Source: Waddlia chondrophila WSU 86-1044 | GTDB lineage: Bacteria > Chlamydiota > Chlamydiia > Chlamydiales > CAMCWV01 | Length of the DNA: 64,000 bases | Direction: 5' to 3' | Assembly: GCA_945882915.1 (NCBI GenBank) | Contig: CAMCWV010000004.1 | Location: 15,643 to 79,642, forward strand | In this document: positions 20,001-27,804 of the stretch, in pieces | How positions within the stretch are numbered: position 1 is the stretch's first letter | Layout: each line of letters starts with the position of its first letter | Program-made: the position numbers and the translations under genes | The notes under the pieces: generated by a model | The model's input: only the letters and a program-made list of their open reading frames with translations | What the model was told of the DNA's origin: nothing | The model's database searches: none

Positions 20001-23000
20001 CAAAAGCAGCTTGCAAATGTTGCTAAGACAGAGCTTATTAAACAAGGGCTGTGGCTTATATTTAAGACCTATATGGGCAGTCGCCTCAGCGCGTTCTTTG
20101 GCCCAGACACCGATTCTAAGGCAGAGACTCCCGAAGTGACTTTCAAATACCAGAGTCAAAGTGACCTTCTTGCTTTTGAGATAGACCCTTATGACAGACG
20201 TTTTAAAACAAAGAACAAAGAGTCGTATCTCTATTTGTCTTACATGTTCTTGGCTTACGGAAAGCACAAGGAGGCGCTCTATTATTTAAAACAGGCAAAG
20301 ACCTCTCTTGCTTGGAGCGATAAAGCCAAAGACTATATTCGGTTAATGCAACAGTGGCCAGATGACTCTGCTGCTTCCAAGGCATTTAAGCTGCAGCTTG
20401 AGTTGATGTTCTGCGAAAATCAGATGAGCTTGCTCGGAGATGACCTTAAGAAAAAAGACACCTCCTTTAAGGGGATGCGCACCTACATTACGCTTATGGG
20501 ATTGCAGGTCCGTTATGAAGAGTATCAGGAGATTGAAAAGAAGCTGCCGGGAGATCTTCATTTAACTAGTGGTGATAAACGCGTTTACATGGAGCTTTTA
20601 TCGCAACTGGCTACCATTACGGGGCAAAAGCCAAAGCCTACAGTGCCAATCATCCCTCTTGCAGAAGAGACAGTTGATCCTTCGTCCATTACCCCTCCAC
20701 ATCTGGACTTTGGGGGAAACCCGTTGCTTGATATGCGTAAAAAGTTTAGTAGCACCCTTTATTATGCCCAGGAGAGCAAAAGATCGAGCAGAAGCACGCT
20801 CACTACTAAAATCAAGTTTGGCGATGAGGGATTCAAGGTTAGAGCGGGAAGGGAATTGATTCGGAACTTCGATGTTTACTTGAACATTGCAACAACGAAA
20901 AATCCTGGAGATAAAGAGTTTGATGATCTTTGCAAGCGGCTTGATCTTATGGGAGATAAGATCAAAGAGGTGCAAATGGCTAGATGGTATTTGCATGTTG
21001 CAACGGAGCTGCGAAGGAAAGGGGAGGGTCTTTCTTCTATAAAGCTCCCTGAATTTAAGTTTGAGTATGAAACTAAAAATCAGAGAGATCAGAGAGCAGG
21101 AGTTTTGCCTTCTGTAGCACAGCCTGGAGGATTTTGGGAAAAGTCACCGGCGGCTAGTCCTTCTGGGATGTTTTTGGGCAGAGTTAAGGATTCGTTTTCA
21201 TGGGCGTGGGATAGGATAAAGAAATACACGTTTTGGCAGGCTTATAGTCTGGTTTCTACAAGTGAACTTGACAGCAGATATCGCCAAGAGCTTGTAGATG
21301 ATATCGATAAGGTGTGCGGCGAGTTAGATAGCCTTGCCCGGCATAACGGCATTGGCAGTGTGAAAAAGCGCCCTCCACGTGGCGGGGCACGCCCTGTAGT
21401 TGAGGCTCAATCAGAAGTTCAGCTTCTTGCAGGGAAGGCAGAAGCACGCCGCAAGCTCCAAGAGCGGGCCGCGGGTAACAGCAATCTGGGGGGCGTTATC
21501 CAGGGACTTGGAGGGCTTGATAGCCTCGGAGGGTTCCTTCAACAGGTGATCTCTCAAGGAGCTCACGGAATTACCTCTATTCAGCAGATGATCCCTGTCC
21601 CTTTTAGACCGCTTCTTTCTGGAAAAACTGAAACGCTTCATCGCATCGAAGAGGCCCTTGACGGTATTTTAGAAAAAGCAGAAGAGGTTCTTGCTAAGAT
21701 CCCCGGAAGCACGCGAGATCAAAAACGAGATGCCCTCATGCAATGGCTAAAGATGCAAGTCAGCGGGCTTGGAGATAATCCGACAGCAAAGATGATTTGG
21801 GCGGTCACAGGGCCGGCGCTTGGGATTGACTTAGAGGTTGCAGGGCTCATTGTAGAGGCCTATTCCGAGTCGATTATTCAGGGGATTCTTCTTGTTCTTG
21901 ATACCCGGACCCCCTCGGCTGTTAAGCGGCACTGGCGAGCTGCAATGGACAAGGAAATTGACCTTCATTCAGAGCACCTTAAGCGGCTTGATGCAGTTGA
22001 AGAGGCCCTTAACAAATGCGTTAAACAGAAAATCCCGAGTTGGGAGGGGATCTTTACAACGCGGGGTGTAGAGATGTCTCGAGAGGATTACTTCCATCTA
22101 GATACGGGGATTCCTAAACTTGCTGCAGATGCTTTTAAGAAGGAGTGGAGATTTGGGCTTGACAAGGTCGCACGGGGCGAGGTCGCACGGGGTGAGTTGA
22201 ACCCTGAAAAAGTGGAGATTCAGGTGATACGTAATAGGGTAAGGACAGAGCTTGGCGATTACCTTTGTGGGAAGAGAACGCTTCCTCCTAAATGGCTCTT
22301 TAATCCAGAGGCGAAAGATCTTTTTGAGTCGGTCATTTTCCTTCATGAACAGTTGCAGGAGCGTTTGCCGGGCTTTTTATGTCCTGTTATTGTTGCTCAA
22401 GAAAAAGAACTCTTATTTGATGTTCTTAAAACGGCATCTTTAATACCTCAAGAGGTGCAATTAGAGTGCATCACAATTGAACAAGTCAATAAATACTTTG
22501 AAAATTTAAAAACCTCTTGGACAGGCCCAGGGGGGACCATCCCTCCACATCGCAAGCGTGTGCTCGATAGAGAGTGGACCGACGCACAGCATACGATTAC
22601 TGAAAAGAAGGCGAAGGCTCAGACAGAAGGTTTTAAACTTCCTATTCCTAAAACAGCAGTAGAGGCGCACAGTCAGCTTGGTGAAATTAAAATTCTTCGC
22701 GATCAGGCGATTGAAAAGGGGCAGGAGCTGCAGAAGAAAGCAGAAGACTCTCGGACGAAGGCACTTCGTCTTATTAATGACCCACCACTAACGCCTCTTA
22801 AACAGGCCTATCAAGATCTTCATGTTCTTGTAGATAAGCATGAAGAGGTGTTTTTCCCTGAGGTGAAGCGTTTGTGGCTGCAGGGAAGGCTTTTTGATCT
22901 GTGCAAAAAGAATCCTCAGCTAACACACGAAAATTTAGCTGAGTTAGAAGGGTTTGTTACAGAGCACCTTCAAGCAGGTAATGAAGCCGTTCAGGCCCAG

Positions 23001-26000
23001 CGCCTTTGCCGTGCTTTCCAGTCTCTTGAAGAAGGGGTGCAGAAGGTAGTTAATCCAAAAGGGCTCTCTAAAGAGAAGCGGGAGCAGCTCCCATTGAAGA
23101 TTAAAGAGGCTCACTCTTTGATTACGCAGCAGCTTTCGTTGGCCCGTACCTACAAAGTGGACTCTTCACAGCTTTATTCACGCGCTTGTCTGATGATCGA
23201 GAATGTCAAAGGGTATGTTCTTCGCCCTGAGCAGGTGGAGGTGTTCTACGAGCTTTCTAGAGACCCTACCAAGGTGAAGCAGCTCATTATGGGGTCGGGG
23301 AAAACAGAGGTGGGGAACGTTGTCATCATGTTGATGTTGGCAATGGGGAACAATCTCCCACGCTGGATTGGGCCAAAAGCGCTCTTTAATGTTAATAGTA
23401 GAGATCTTGACAGCATTTGTCCTGAACACTTTGGGCAAGAGCTTTATCGGTTTGAATTCGAAAGGAACATGCTCAAGGATGCCGCCTCGGTACAGAAGAT
23501 CTATCACAGAGAGATGGAGACGATGGCGGGCCGTGGGTTTGCCATGAACACGCGGGAGAGCATGCAGTGCGCCGAGCTCTACTGGCTAAAGAACATTGAG
23601 GATCTTGAGAAGGCTCCTGTGGAGGCAACCGAGGATCTGGAGTCGCAAGACAAATATTTGACAGAGCTTTTGAAGATGTGGCGTAAACGAGGGTACATCC
23701 TCAACGACGAAGTCGATAGCGTAAACGATCCTACCCACCAGTACATTTTTGCGTGTGGCGCTTCTGAAAAGCTCGGCAAGCAGCCGATTAAGATCAATGC
23801 AGCACTTAATATGATGCGTTTGATTTTGAAAAACCAAGAGTGGAAAGAGCGGCTAAAAATCAAAAACAACCTCCAGCAGAACCTCTCTGAAAAAGATCAT
23901 GAAGAGCTGCGGCTGTTTGTTGCTAATTGCTTTTTTGATGAGTGTGTCACGAAAGGAAGTCTTAAAGAGGAAAATCGTGAAGAGTTCATCCTTTTTGTAA
24001 CAGGGGACCAGCGTACTGTTAAGATCCCTGCGTGTGTGACGCTCTCTCCAGACAAAGAGTTTTTTAAGGAGGTGGCTGTTGTTAAGACGCTGCTTACGAC
24101 AATTGTTGAAGGAGCTTTGAGCAAGAAAGGGAACGTCAACTACGGCCCTGAGATGTTTGAGGAGATGCAGAATGGGAAGAAAGTCTTCAGGAGAGGTCGC
24201 TGGGTTGTTCCTTATATTGCCCATGGAAAGCAAAGGCCAGGAAGCATCCACGGTAATGAGCTTGAAAGGATCATCTTCCACATCTTGAGTTATCTCCAGC
24301 TGGGGGTTACTTTCGATCAAATTAAAGAGAGGCGTGACACTCTTCAGGCTGAGGCAATTACCTTGAAGCAGTCAGAGCAGTACGCGCCGGGCGCGACCTC
24401 TCCTGAGCAGCAGTGGAGATCTTACGGCTGGACAGGAGAGGTCGCGCTTCTTGATGTTACAGATGAAGATCTTAGAGGTGTTGTAGAAACCCTCAACAGC
24501 ACAGAGGGGGATCTTGAGGAGGAGTCAATCCTGAAATACTTGGAGCAGGTGCTTCTTCCTGAAATGGAAATTCACGGCCAGACACTGGAAAGTAATTCTC
24601 AGAATTTTGGTGATCAGAATAGGTTCTTTGCGGGCTTCTCTGGAACTGTCGGCAAAATCTATGCCTTGAATGATAAGATCACTGAAAAGAGCAAGACGGC
24701 AAGGCTTGGGACAAACGGGGAGACTCTTGAGGCGATCCTTCGAAAGAGCAATAACGGAATGGATGAGGTTGACACCTATGGGGGTGAGACCGCAGAAGAG
24801 CGTGTTAAGGAGCTTTTAGAAAAGTGCAAGGGAGCCAACTTCTTTGTCGATGGAGGGGCGGCGCTTGACTGTACCGATCCTCAGGAGTTTGCTGCTCGCT
24901 GCGCTGAGGAGCAGTCTAAAATTGAGATCAGAGATCAAGCGCACAAGATTGTAGGGGTTGTCTTCTTCAATAAGGAAGATAGCTGGGTTGTTCAGTTTGT
25001 TGGGCAAGATCATCCAACGCCTGTTGAGGATGTAGGGGGTGTGGCTCTCAAGAACTTATTCACCCTTTATGACCATGGACACCGTATTGGGGCGCATAGG
25101 CTTCAAGATGCTTCAGCAGAGTTTGTGGCAACTGGGGGCGCTAAGACCGATTTTGAAGATGCCGCTCAGAGTTGGGCCCGTGCAAGGGGGCTTTGGACGA
25201 AAAAACAGAAGCCTAGACACCTTGTTTCAGATGAGACCAGAAAGCTTATTAAGGGCAAAGAGAGCAAAGAGCCTTTACTTGTCGGGGAGTATGTGGGGCA
25301 CCTCTTTGCCAACCAGGCAGATGAAGAGGCAAAGGCAAATTACAAAGCCTCGCGTCACAAGATCATGAATATCATGCGCAGCGCTCTTATTAGTTCACTT
25401 CTTGACGCTCCTGATGCGTACGCTAGAAGAGATCTTCTTAAGTGCTACAAAGAGCATCTTTTTAAGACGAGCTCAGAAAATTATATAGCGATGCTTCAGG
25501 TCGAGAAGATGGATACGCCAGAGAATGCGTTAAAAGCACTTATCGAAGCTGAGCAGGATAAGATCACGGGGATTTTGGGCGCTCTTCCAGAGCGTCTTCT
25601 TGGGGGGCAAGAAGGTCTTTTTAAGGCTGCATATCAGCGGCTTGAGGCCTATAAAGAGCCAAGTGCTACGGGAGATACTCCAGGGATTCTCCCGCCAGAA
25701 TTTTATCCTGAAAAAGTGCCGATGCACGAGTCTTCTGCCCAAACAGAGGTTACTGTTGAGCAAGAGCAAGAGGCCGAGCAAGAGGCAGAGGAGGAGCTTG
25801 ACCTCGAAACCAAGAAGCAGGTCGCCCAGAACAACTTTAAGAGCAAGTGGAAACCTTGGCTTACAACTGGAAGGTCATCTCCACTACTGTATAGATTCAT
25901 GTCTGAGACAACTTCGCAGCTTGATAGCAAGCTAGGGGATGAGTTTAAAGGGGTATTTGATAAGCGTGTGCTTTTCTCTCCAAATATGATTCCGCAAGGT

Positions 26001-26528
26001 GAAAGAGCTTTGTGGGGATACCAAAAGCCGATACATGATCTTTTGGTGGTATATGGTCTTTCTGGAAAAGCGTGGACGGTTATTGCCTGTGATGCCCTAG
26101 ACAAAGACCGGGAGCTAGAAGATCTATTTAAAAAGCACAAAGACCCTGATATTAAAATAGGGCACTACTCGATGCGTGAAAAGAAGATGCAGAGATGGAG
26201 TAACGCTTTTAGTGATGAGGAGCTTGGATCAGAAGGTTTCTTGAGGTTAACGGTGCAGTGTCACTTCTTTAATGCTGAGACTCATTACCAAGGGATAGTT
26301 GAAAAGGATTCTCGCAAAAACACAGAGTACTCTGTTCTTCAGAAATGGTTAAGCGAGCACCCGCATGACAAGATGATTAAGCTCTATAAGAGCTCGGCTG
26401 CAGTCTTCCGCGACAAAGCGCAGAAGTACGAGAAGAGTGTTCTTAGTAAAGGGTTTGCCTCCATCAAGAGCGTTCAAGAGGCCGAAATTTCAAGGCGTCA
26501 AGCTGAGCGCCTCTTAAAAAGGCCGTAA
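14085..26528 (+). CDS. Giant (4147 aa) multidomain protein of unknown function with a C-terminal-third P-loop NTPase module; candidate secreted/inclusion-membrane protein
   Basis: A single uninterrupted 12.4-kb frame. Hydrophobic blocks at nt 14508-14670 and 17358-17520. Walker A GSGKT at 23292-23306 and DEVD at 23706-23717. Acidic run EQEQEAEQEAEEE near the C-terminus. The start has no obvious SD. Confidence 0.85.
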   Translation: MKDRFAVGSFQDNMKQLYTAHIIHRQGDPNVEVAGKERLKRTQEISTFAVRHLIKAKALQSGDKIEVDEYYKKIRVSNKEKFKSFSFKELGILFDKGSPKSKHTDDALPQVTVEAFAESLVHNIPFAKSARLRYLKDAVLDRYAMFYFTDYLWDTWKMLSMNGLLWNMLSLPERIFHYGLAAINLLGYAYFSIRDLAKNKFPQLKREFTMWMFQRNKVPLSLIDAMEGVIQFLEMKRSQSAEYDQVINEYKACRRIALELEKIKGWTVPFQVSGVKRLAERQGKAISQLNEGQRHLVPGGVYKNGQFIPFLYEFERGMGEEKDKCLVRIIDVHGTFSSYQGSVQNEETGKLKAIPYISFTMDLARASNAEDVLQPLLELQLPAAYAEFKAPETIEMARAFLQTGLLKAADRVESLQDHWAIRRVGNYAIVPALKGLSGVTQVISNCFGFADLGSETLERILPELQKLDYPKNPEPDDPKLMKLAKQGKGAYKTAWALLKLRFPDQCARLQLELKYTVLCQLFENEKALLSKDAGARERAVIRECIQEWADLFEKSAPKLFANDDIQLQEVHGMNERLEGILQQIQKMEEGLVRPVKELVIPKRCVTTNHGSVGLSALAHVDGYAPIPAKSLAPIISRSVIDWAQGPSVSVAAFEGYLKEMDALCKKGDDHKWEAIDVAAVDLLRQLPIPTVGESIDPVWDSKMTPEQISHWQELVHRAREYVWKANHIRQTDGVTGVHAEALARSAAVSLKLAMRNKDVNMIGPVAGMDLSPFEAITDNKTFYFASKEQEDSVRGCLDFMREVNKLSEKEFPLSGIHLLNKSLGVGGIQDWREERALWIYVEAIYQKIHGVFDFDCALNPAERFKHLREVSTSLDYPRLPGVKKHLSTLKAVLQKLPPKDYTEIAKLKTLLERLPQAFEFTGEDAAIEGKLKALSDELNLLREQLKIKKDIPLTSIGKMYPREISQVTGGEAKKFYELQQKAEILADLGEKGYNHPDITHLRLCDLQLKTMLSNRNCYYERGVMGLSKEAAFQAYGIARGEVRLDKFSKDFEATRRRFISYAMSKKGEPYFSFRREGNTQSFIDYLASYKWGLDFFLLSTGLSLGNTFMAGGIKALLMEILRLIFSLEFWALGGIFGSSWLIYRNMYGHALVRADVMCEPYGLCLGSWDHHRYDFARSRDAEGIGKPYGGSGDDAFNRTRVIREDVVGFRIGADDYDPWTAEKTEQKVIADAERIGELTLEQSRDLQRTRLNAAEIGEVLDYYSDNPLLLEEGPHQHLLERALTRYGKMTEALGRQPELVARFNRFFSKQLNWARMGQKVQEQLFLARLSERVNTYISDNDVAKIVFHALPKEGGEAEIGTAVLRVLGELERDQTLGRSRSSLNTELLRKLQENARLLADQTGRLAREAKEARSALSVRIAELEGEIRRVLAAQAAQTAGGFQIYSRNKPDPLEAEFASLRLKQEDASARLAPGVASAQLEFVKGLDRFGDDIEGLSKEMLEDLENSKLQEAVIALQDLLKKVREGIPNRLLSKQILDQCVKQCRDGTAAYLKHLVPIHAHIIAAYASYSEAELQSLGTEELLSVIKSFFVVRGAEEDAAHRDPVFNDSVNEAVLKLMPIFKGRLSDDATKEPLLNAILRAVHPEATDQKWEGTSTFFTCKDWEIDIANGRVYHQGYLKTELPYSVLKNEGVLRLFGGGPIPCKLQCSQNSYNKSQVRKFTFEKGGDHYSIIQRADESIAIYKEILNIHTGVQSWHQWIHQEMQGEESKVASAEDRAGRRTLPKPVTDNICWVDCDQPAHFLICDEGGKELYRGTLRGKSIYSLYNLKYPEGENTVLRVWGNKSSLEALTRIAPPEQIEVLGTAEGAPKTIVYHNYNQSFSIDEEGIAHSGNDAHFVLTDKQKLNVRGLGSHFQHFQVVKHDEDQIERVLIPASEIAQTVNSLSAQAVGMGVDAVTGIATGGRTPQQALGNMQKQLANVAKTELIKQGLWLIFKTYMGSRLSAFFGPDTDSKAETPEVTFKYQSQSDLLAFEIDPYDRRFKTKNKESYLYLSYMFLAYGKHKEALYYLKQAKTSLAWSDKAKDYIRLMQQWPDDSAASKAFKLQLELMFCENQMSLLGDDLKKKDTSFKGMRTYITLMGLQVRYEEYQEIEKKLPGDLHLTSGDKRVYMELLSQLATITGQKPKPTVPIIPLAEETVDPSSITPPHLDFGGNPLLDMRKKFSSTLYYAQESKRSSRSTLTTKIKFGDEGFKVRAGRELIRNFDVYLNIATTKNPGDKEFDDLCKRLDLMGDKIKEVQMARWYLHVATELRRKGEGLSSIKLPEFKFEYETKNQRDQRAGVLPSVAQPGGFWEKSPAASPSGMFLGRVKDSFSWAWDRIKKYTFWQAYSLVSTSELDSRYRQELVDDIDKVCGELDSLARHNGIGSVKKRPPRGGARPVVEAQSEVQLLAGKAEARRKLQERAAGNSNLGGVIQGLGGLDSLGGFLQQVISQGAHGITSIQQMIPVPFRPLLSGKTETLHRIEEALDGILEKAEEVLAKIPGSTRDQKRDALMQWLKMQVSGLGDNPTAKMIWAVTGPALGIDLEVAGLIVEAYSESIIQGILLVLDTRTPSAVKRHWRAAMDKEIDLHSEHLKRLDAVEEALNKCVKQKIPSWEGIFTTRGVEMSREDYFHLDTGIPKLAADAFKKEWRFGLDKVARGEVARGELNPEKVEIQVIRNRVRTELGDYLCGKRTLPPKWLFNPEAKDLFESVIFLHEQLQERLPGFLCPVIVAQEKELLFDVLKTASLIPQEVQLECITIEQVNKYFENLKTSWTGPGGTIPPHRKRVLDREWTDAQHTITEKKAKAQTEGFKLPIPKTAVEAHSQLGEIKILRDQAIEKGQELQKKAEDSRTKALRLINDPPLTPLKQAYQDLHVLVDKHEEVFFPEVKRLWLQGRLFDLCKKNPQLTHENLAELEGFVTEHLQAGNEAVQAQRLCRAFQSLEEGVQKVVNPKGLSKEKREQLPLKIKEAHSLITQQLSLARTYKVDSSQLYSRACLMIENVKGYVLRPEQVEVFYELSRDPTKVKQLIMGSGKTEVGNVVIMLMLAMGNNLPRWIGPKALFNVNSRDLDSICPEHFGQELYRFEFERNMLKDAASVQKIYHREMETMAGRGFAMNTRESMQCAELYWLKNIEDLEKAPVEATEDLESQDKYLTELLKMWRKRGYILNDEVDSVNDPTHQYIFACGASEKLGKQPIKINAALNMMRLILKNQEWKERLKIKNNLQQNLSEKDHEELRLFVANCFFDECVTKGSLKEENREEFILFVTGDQRTVKIPACVTLSPDKEFFKEVAVVKTLLTTIVEGALSKKGNVNYGPEMFEEMQNGKKVFRRGRWVVPYIAHGKQRPGSIHGNELERIIFHILSYLQLGVTFDQIKERRDTLQAEAITLKQSEQYAPGATSPEQQWRSYGWTGEVALLDVTDEDLRGVVETLNSTEGDLEEESILKYLEQVLLPEMEIHGQTLESNSQNFGDQNRFFAGFSGTVGKIYALNDKITEKSKTARLGTNGETLEAILRKSNNGMDEVDTYGGETAEERVKELLEKCKGANFFVDGGAALDCTDPQEFAARCAEEQSKIEIRDQAHKIVGVVFFNKEDSWVVQFVGQDHPTPVEDVGGVALKNLFTLYDHGHRIGAHRLQDASAEFVATGGAKTDFEDAAQSWARARGLWTKKQKPRHLVSDETRKLIKGKESKEPLLVGEYVGHLFANQADEEAKANYKASRHKIMNIMRSALISSLLDAPDAYARRDLLKCYKEHLFKTSSENYIAMLQVEKMDTPENALKALIEAEQDKITGILGALPERLLGGQEGLFKAAYQRLEAYKEPSATGDTPGILPPEFYPEKVPMHESSAQTEVTVEQEQEAEQEAEEELDLETKKQVAQNNFKSKWKPWLTTGRSSPLLYRFMSETTSQLDSKLGDEFKGVFDKRVLFSPNMIPQGERALWGYQKPIHDLLVVYGLSGKAWTVIACDALDKDRELEDLFKKHKDPDIKIGHYSMREKKMQRWSNAFSDEELGSEGFLRLTVQCHFFNAETHYQGIVEKDSRKNTEYSVLQKWLSEHPHDKMIKLYKSSAAVFRDKAQKYEKSVLSKGFASIKSVQEAEISRRQAERLLKRP

Positions 26529-26594
26529 GCCCCTCTAACCGCTCTAAATAAAAATCGCGGAAGCGAAGCTCTTTGAGTTGCCGCAAAAATCAAA

Positions 26595-26684
26595 CAGGGG
26601 CCTGAAAGGTCCTAATGTTACAGCGGGAAGCCTTCCGCTAACGCTTCGACCTCAGGCTGTAACATTAGGACCTTTCAGGCCCTT
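26595..26684. repeat. Family B palindromic element, copy B1 (short variant)
   Basis: caggggcctgaaaggtcctaatgttacagc ... gctgtaacattaggacctttcaggccctt. The arms match B2 at 51575-51789. Confidence 0.85.
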
Positions 26685-26706
26685 GTTCAATTAATGTGTT
26701 CAGCTC

Positions 26707-26982
26707 GGCATTGCCCGCGTAATTGCAATTGCAGCCTTACAGGCTGCATGGGATATATTCGCTTATACCCAGGGCGCTGCCCTGGGCTATGTGCATTTTC
26801 AGCCCTTCAGGCTGAAGCTGGGGAGCTGAGGCGCTTTTAGTTAAAGCCTTTTGCATAAAGTCTCAGCCTGTAAGGCTGAAAATGCACACAGCCCAGGGCA
26901 GGCGCCCTGGGTATAGGCAAATATATTTTACGCAGCCTGTAAGGCTGCTACTCTTAGGGGGCTGTAATTATGCAATAATGCC
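26707..26982. repeat. Family C nested palindromic element, copy C1 (full length)
   Basis: Termini ggcattgcccgcgtaattgcaatt / ctgtaattatgcaataatgcc. Local hairpins gcagccttacaggctgc, cccagggcgctgccctggg and agcccttcaggct, each mirrored in the right half. Homologs at 55650, 63076, 50189 and 61065. Confidence 0.9.
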
Positions 26983-27128
26983 ACTCAGCTCTCCTTCCCT
27001 TAAATTTTGTCAAAAAATAGATGGTTTTTCTCCCTCTAGCGCCCTGGGGGAGATTTTAAAGTTCCTGAGGCAAACGCCGATAAGAGTAAATAGAGATTTC
27101 TGTCTACTTTGAATTAAGGAATTAAGCC

Positions 27129-27773
27129 ATGAATCAACCTGATCGTTCAACACCTACTCTAAATCGAAAAGACTACCTGATGATTCTGGTTGCTTTTGGC
27201 ATTGCCTTTGCCTGCACGTACTCTCTTGGCGGGCCCTTTGCCAGCGGAAGCTACCTCTTTAATCAAATATTCATCTTCGCTGTTGGTCTTCCTGTTGGGA
27301 TCCTGCTCTTTAGTGCGGCTATGTTAATGGGTCCAGGGCTTGTGATCAACGATGCGGTTACTATGGAAGATTCCGAGTTCAAGAAAGTGCTTAAAGAAGC
27401 AAGGTCTCGTTTGGGTAAGGTTCGGCTTGTGGTCTCTTATGATGTAAAGCCCACTACAGGGACTGTGTGGCATTTAACTAACGCAGATAGAGCAGCTTGG
27501 ACAAACGCTGTGTTCTTAATTGAGCGGAGTATTAATGGTGAGAAAGTGACCGATAAGCACCTTTTGGGTGTGGTAGAGCCTGGGATGCGCCTTCTGATTG
27601 AGAGCTCACTTCAAGATAGCGAGCAGGCTCATTGGAGAGTCTTAGTCGCGTGCTCTGAGGGGCGTAGTTTGGAATTGCCGAAGAAAGCACTTAACCAAAA
27701 TGATTTTGATAAATTGATAACTGTTCATACAAAAAAAGAAAAACGAATAGAAAACCAGACGTCAGAGACGTAA
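27129..27773 (+). CDS. Small membrane protein with bilobed hydrophobic N-terminal region (Inc-like), unknown function
   Basis: 214 aa. SD-like aagga upstream. Hydrophobic stretch YLMILVAFGIAFACTYSLGG...IFIFAVGLPVGILLFSAAMLMGPGLVI, followed by a soluble domain. Confidence 0.6.
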   Translation: MNQPDRSTPTLNRKDYLMILVAFGIAFACTYSLGGPFASGSYLFNQIFIFAVGLPVGILLFSAAMLMGPGLVINDAVTMEDSEFKKVLKEARSRLGKVRLVVSYDVKPTTGTVWHLTNADRAAWTNAVFLIERSINGEKVTDKHLLGVVEPGMRLLIESSLQDSEQAHWRVLVACSEGRSLELPKKALNQNDFDKLITVHTKKEKRIENQTSET

Positions 27774-27774
27774 A

Positions 27775-27804
27775 CTATACTCCTCTTAGCTGAAAACTGG
27801 AATT
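27775..27804. repeat. Family D half copy (D2, left arm only)
   Basis: ctatactcctcttagctgaaaactgg matches the left arm of D1/D3. No matching right arm follows. Confidence 0.6.

Noticed and set aside
19719-20267. 182-aa minus-strand ORF, and the many other 60-155-aa ORFs on both strands within 14085-26528
   Set aside because: All are nested inside the uninterrupted 12.4-kb frame. They have no motifs and an atypical composition (Leu/Ser/Arg-rich).
22167-22196. 15-bp tandem duplication gtcgcacggggcgag/gtcgcacggggtgag (ARGEV ARGEL) inside the giant ORF
   Set aside because: It is real but trivial: a single in-frame duplication with no sign of being a variable locus.
26531-26539. Shared 9-mer cctctaacc around the stop regions of the giant gene (26531) and the protease (51551), as if family B supplied both stops
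   Set aside because: In B1 the 9-mer is separated from the element by ~40 unrelated nt and lies after the real stop codon. The match is too short and inconsistent to support the idea.
26882-27112. Track ORFs lying in repeat DNA (26882-27112, 55810-56013, 63116-63334, 2552-2743, 2897-3097, 43730-43939)
   Set aside because: Their sequences are translations of the palindromic elements. The homologous repeat copies elsewhere do not preserve the frames, so these are very unlikely to be genes.
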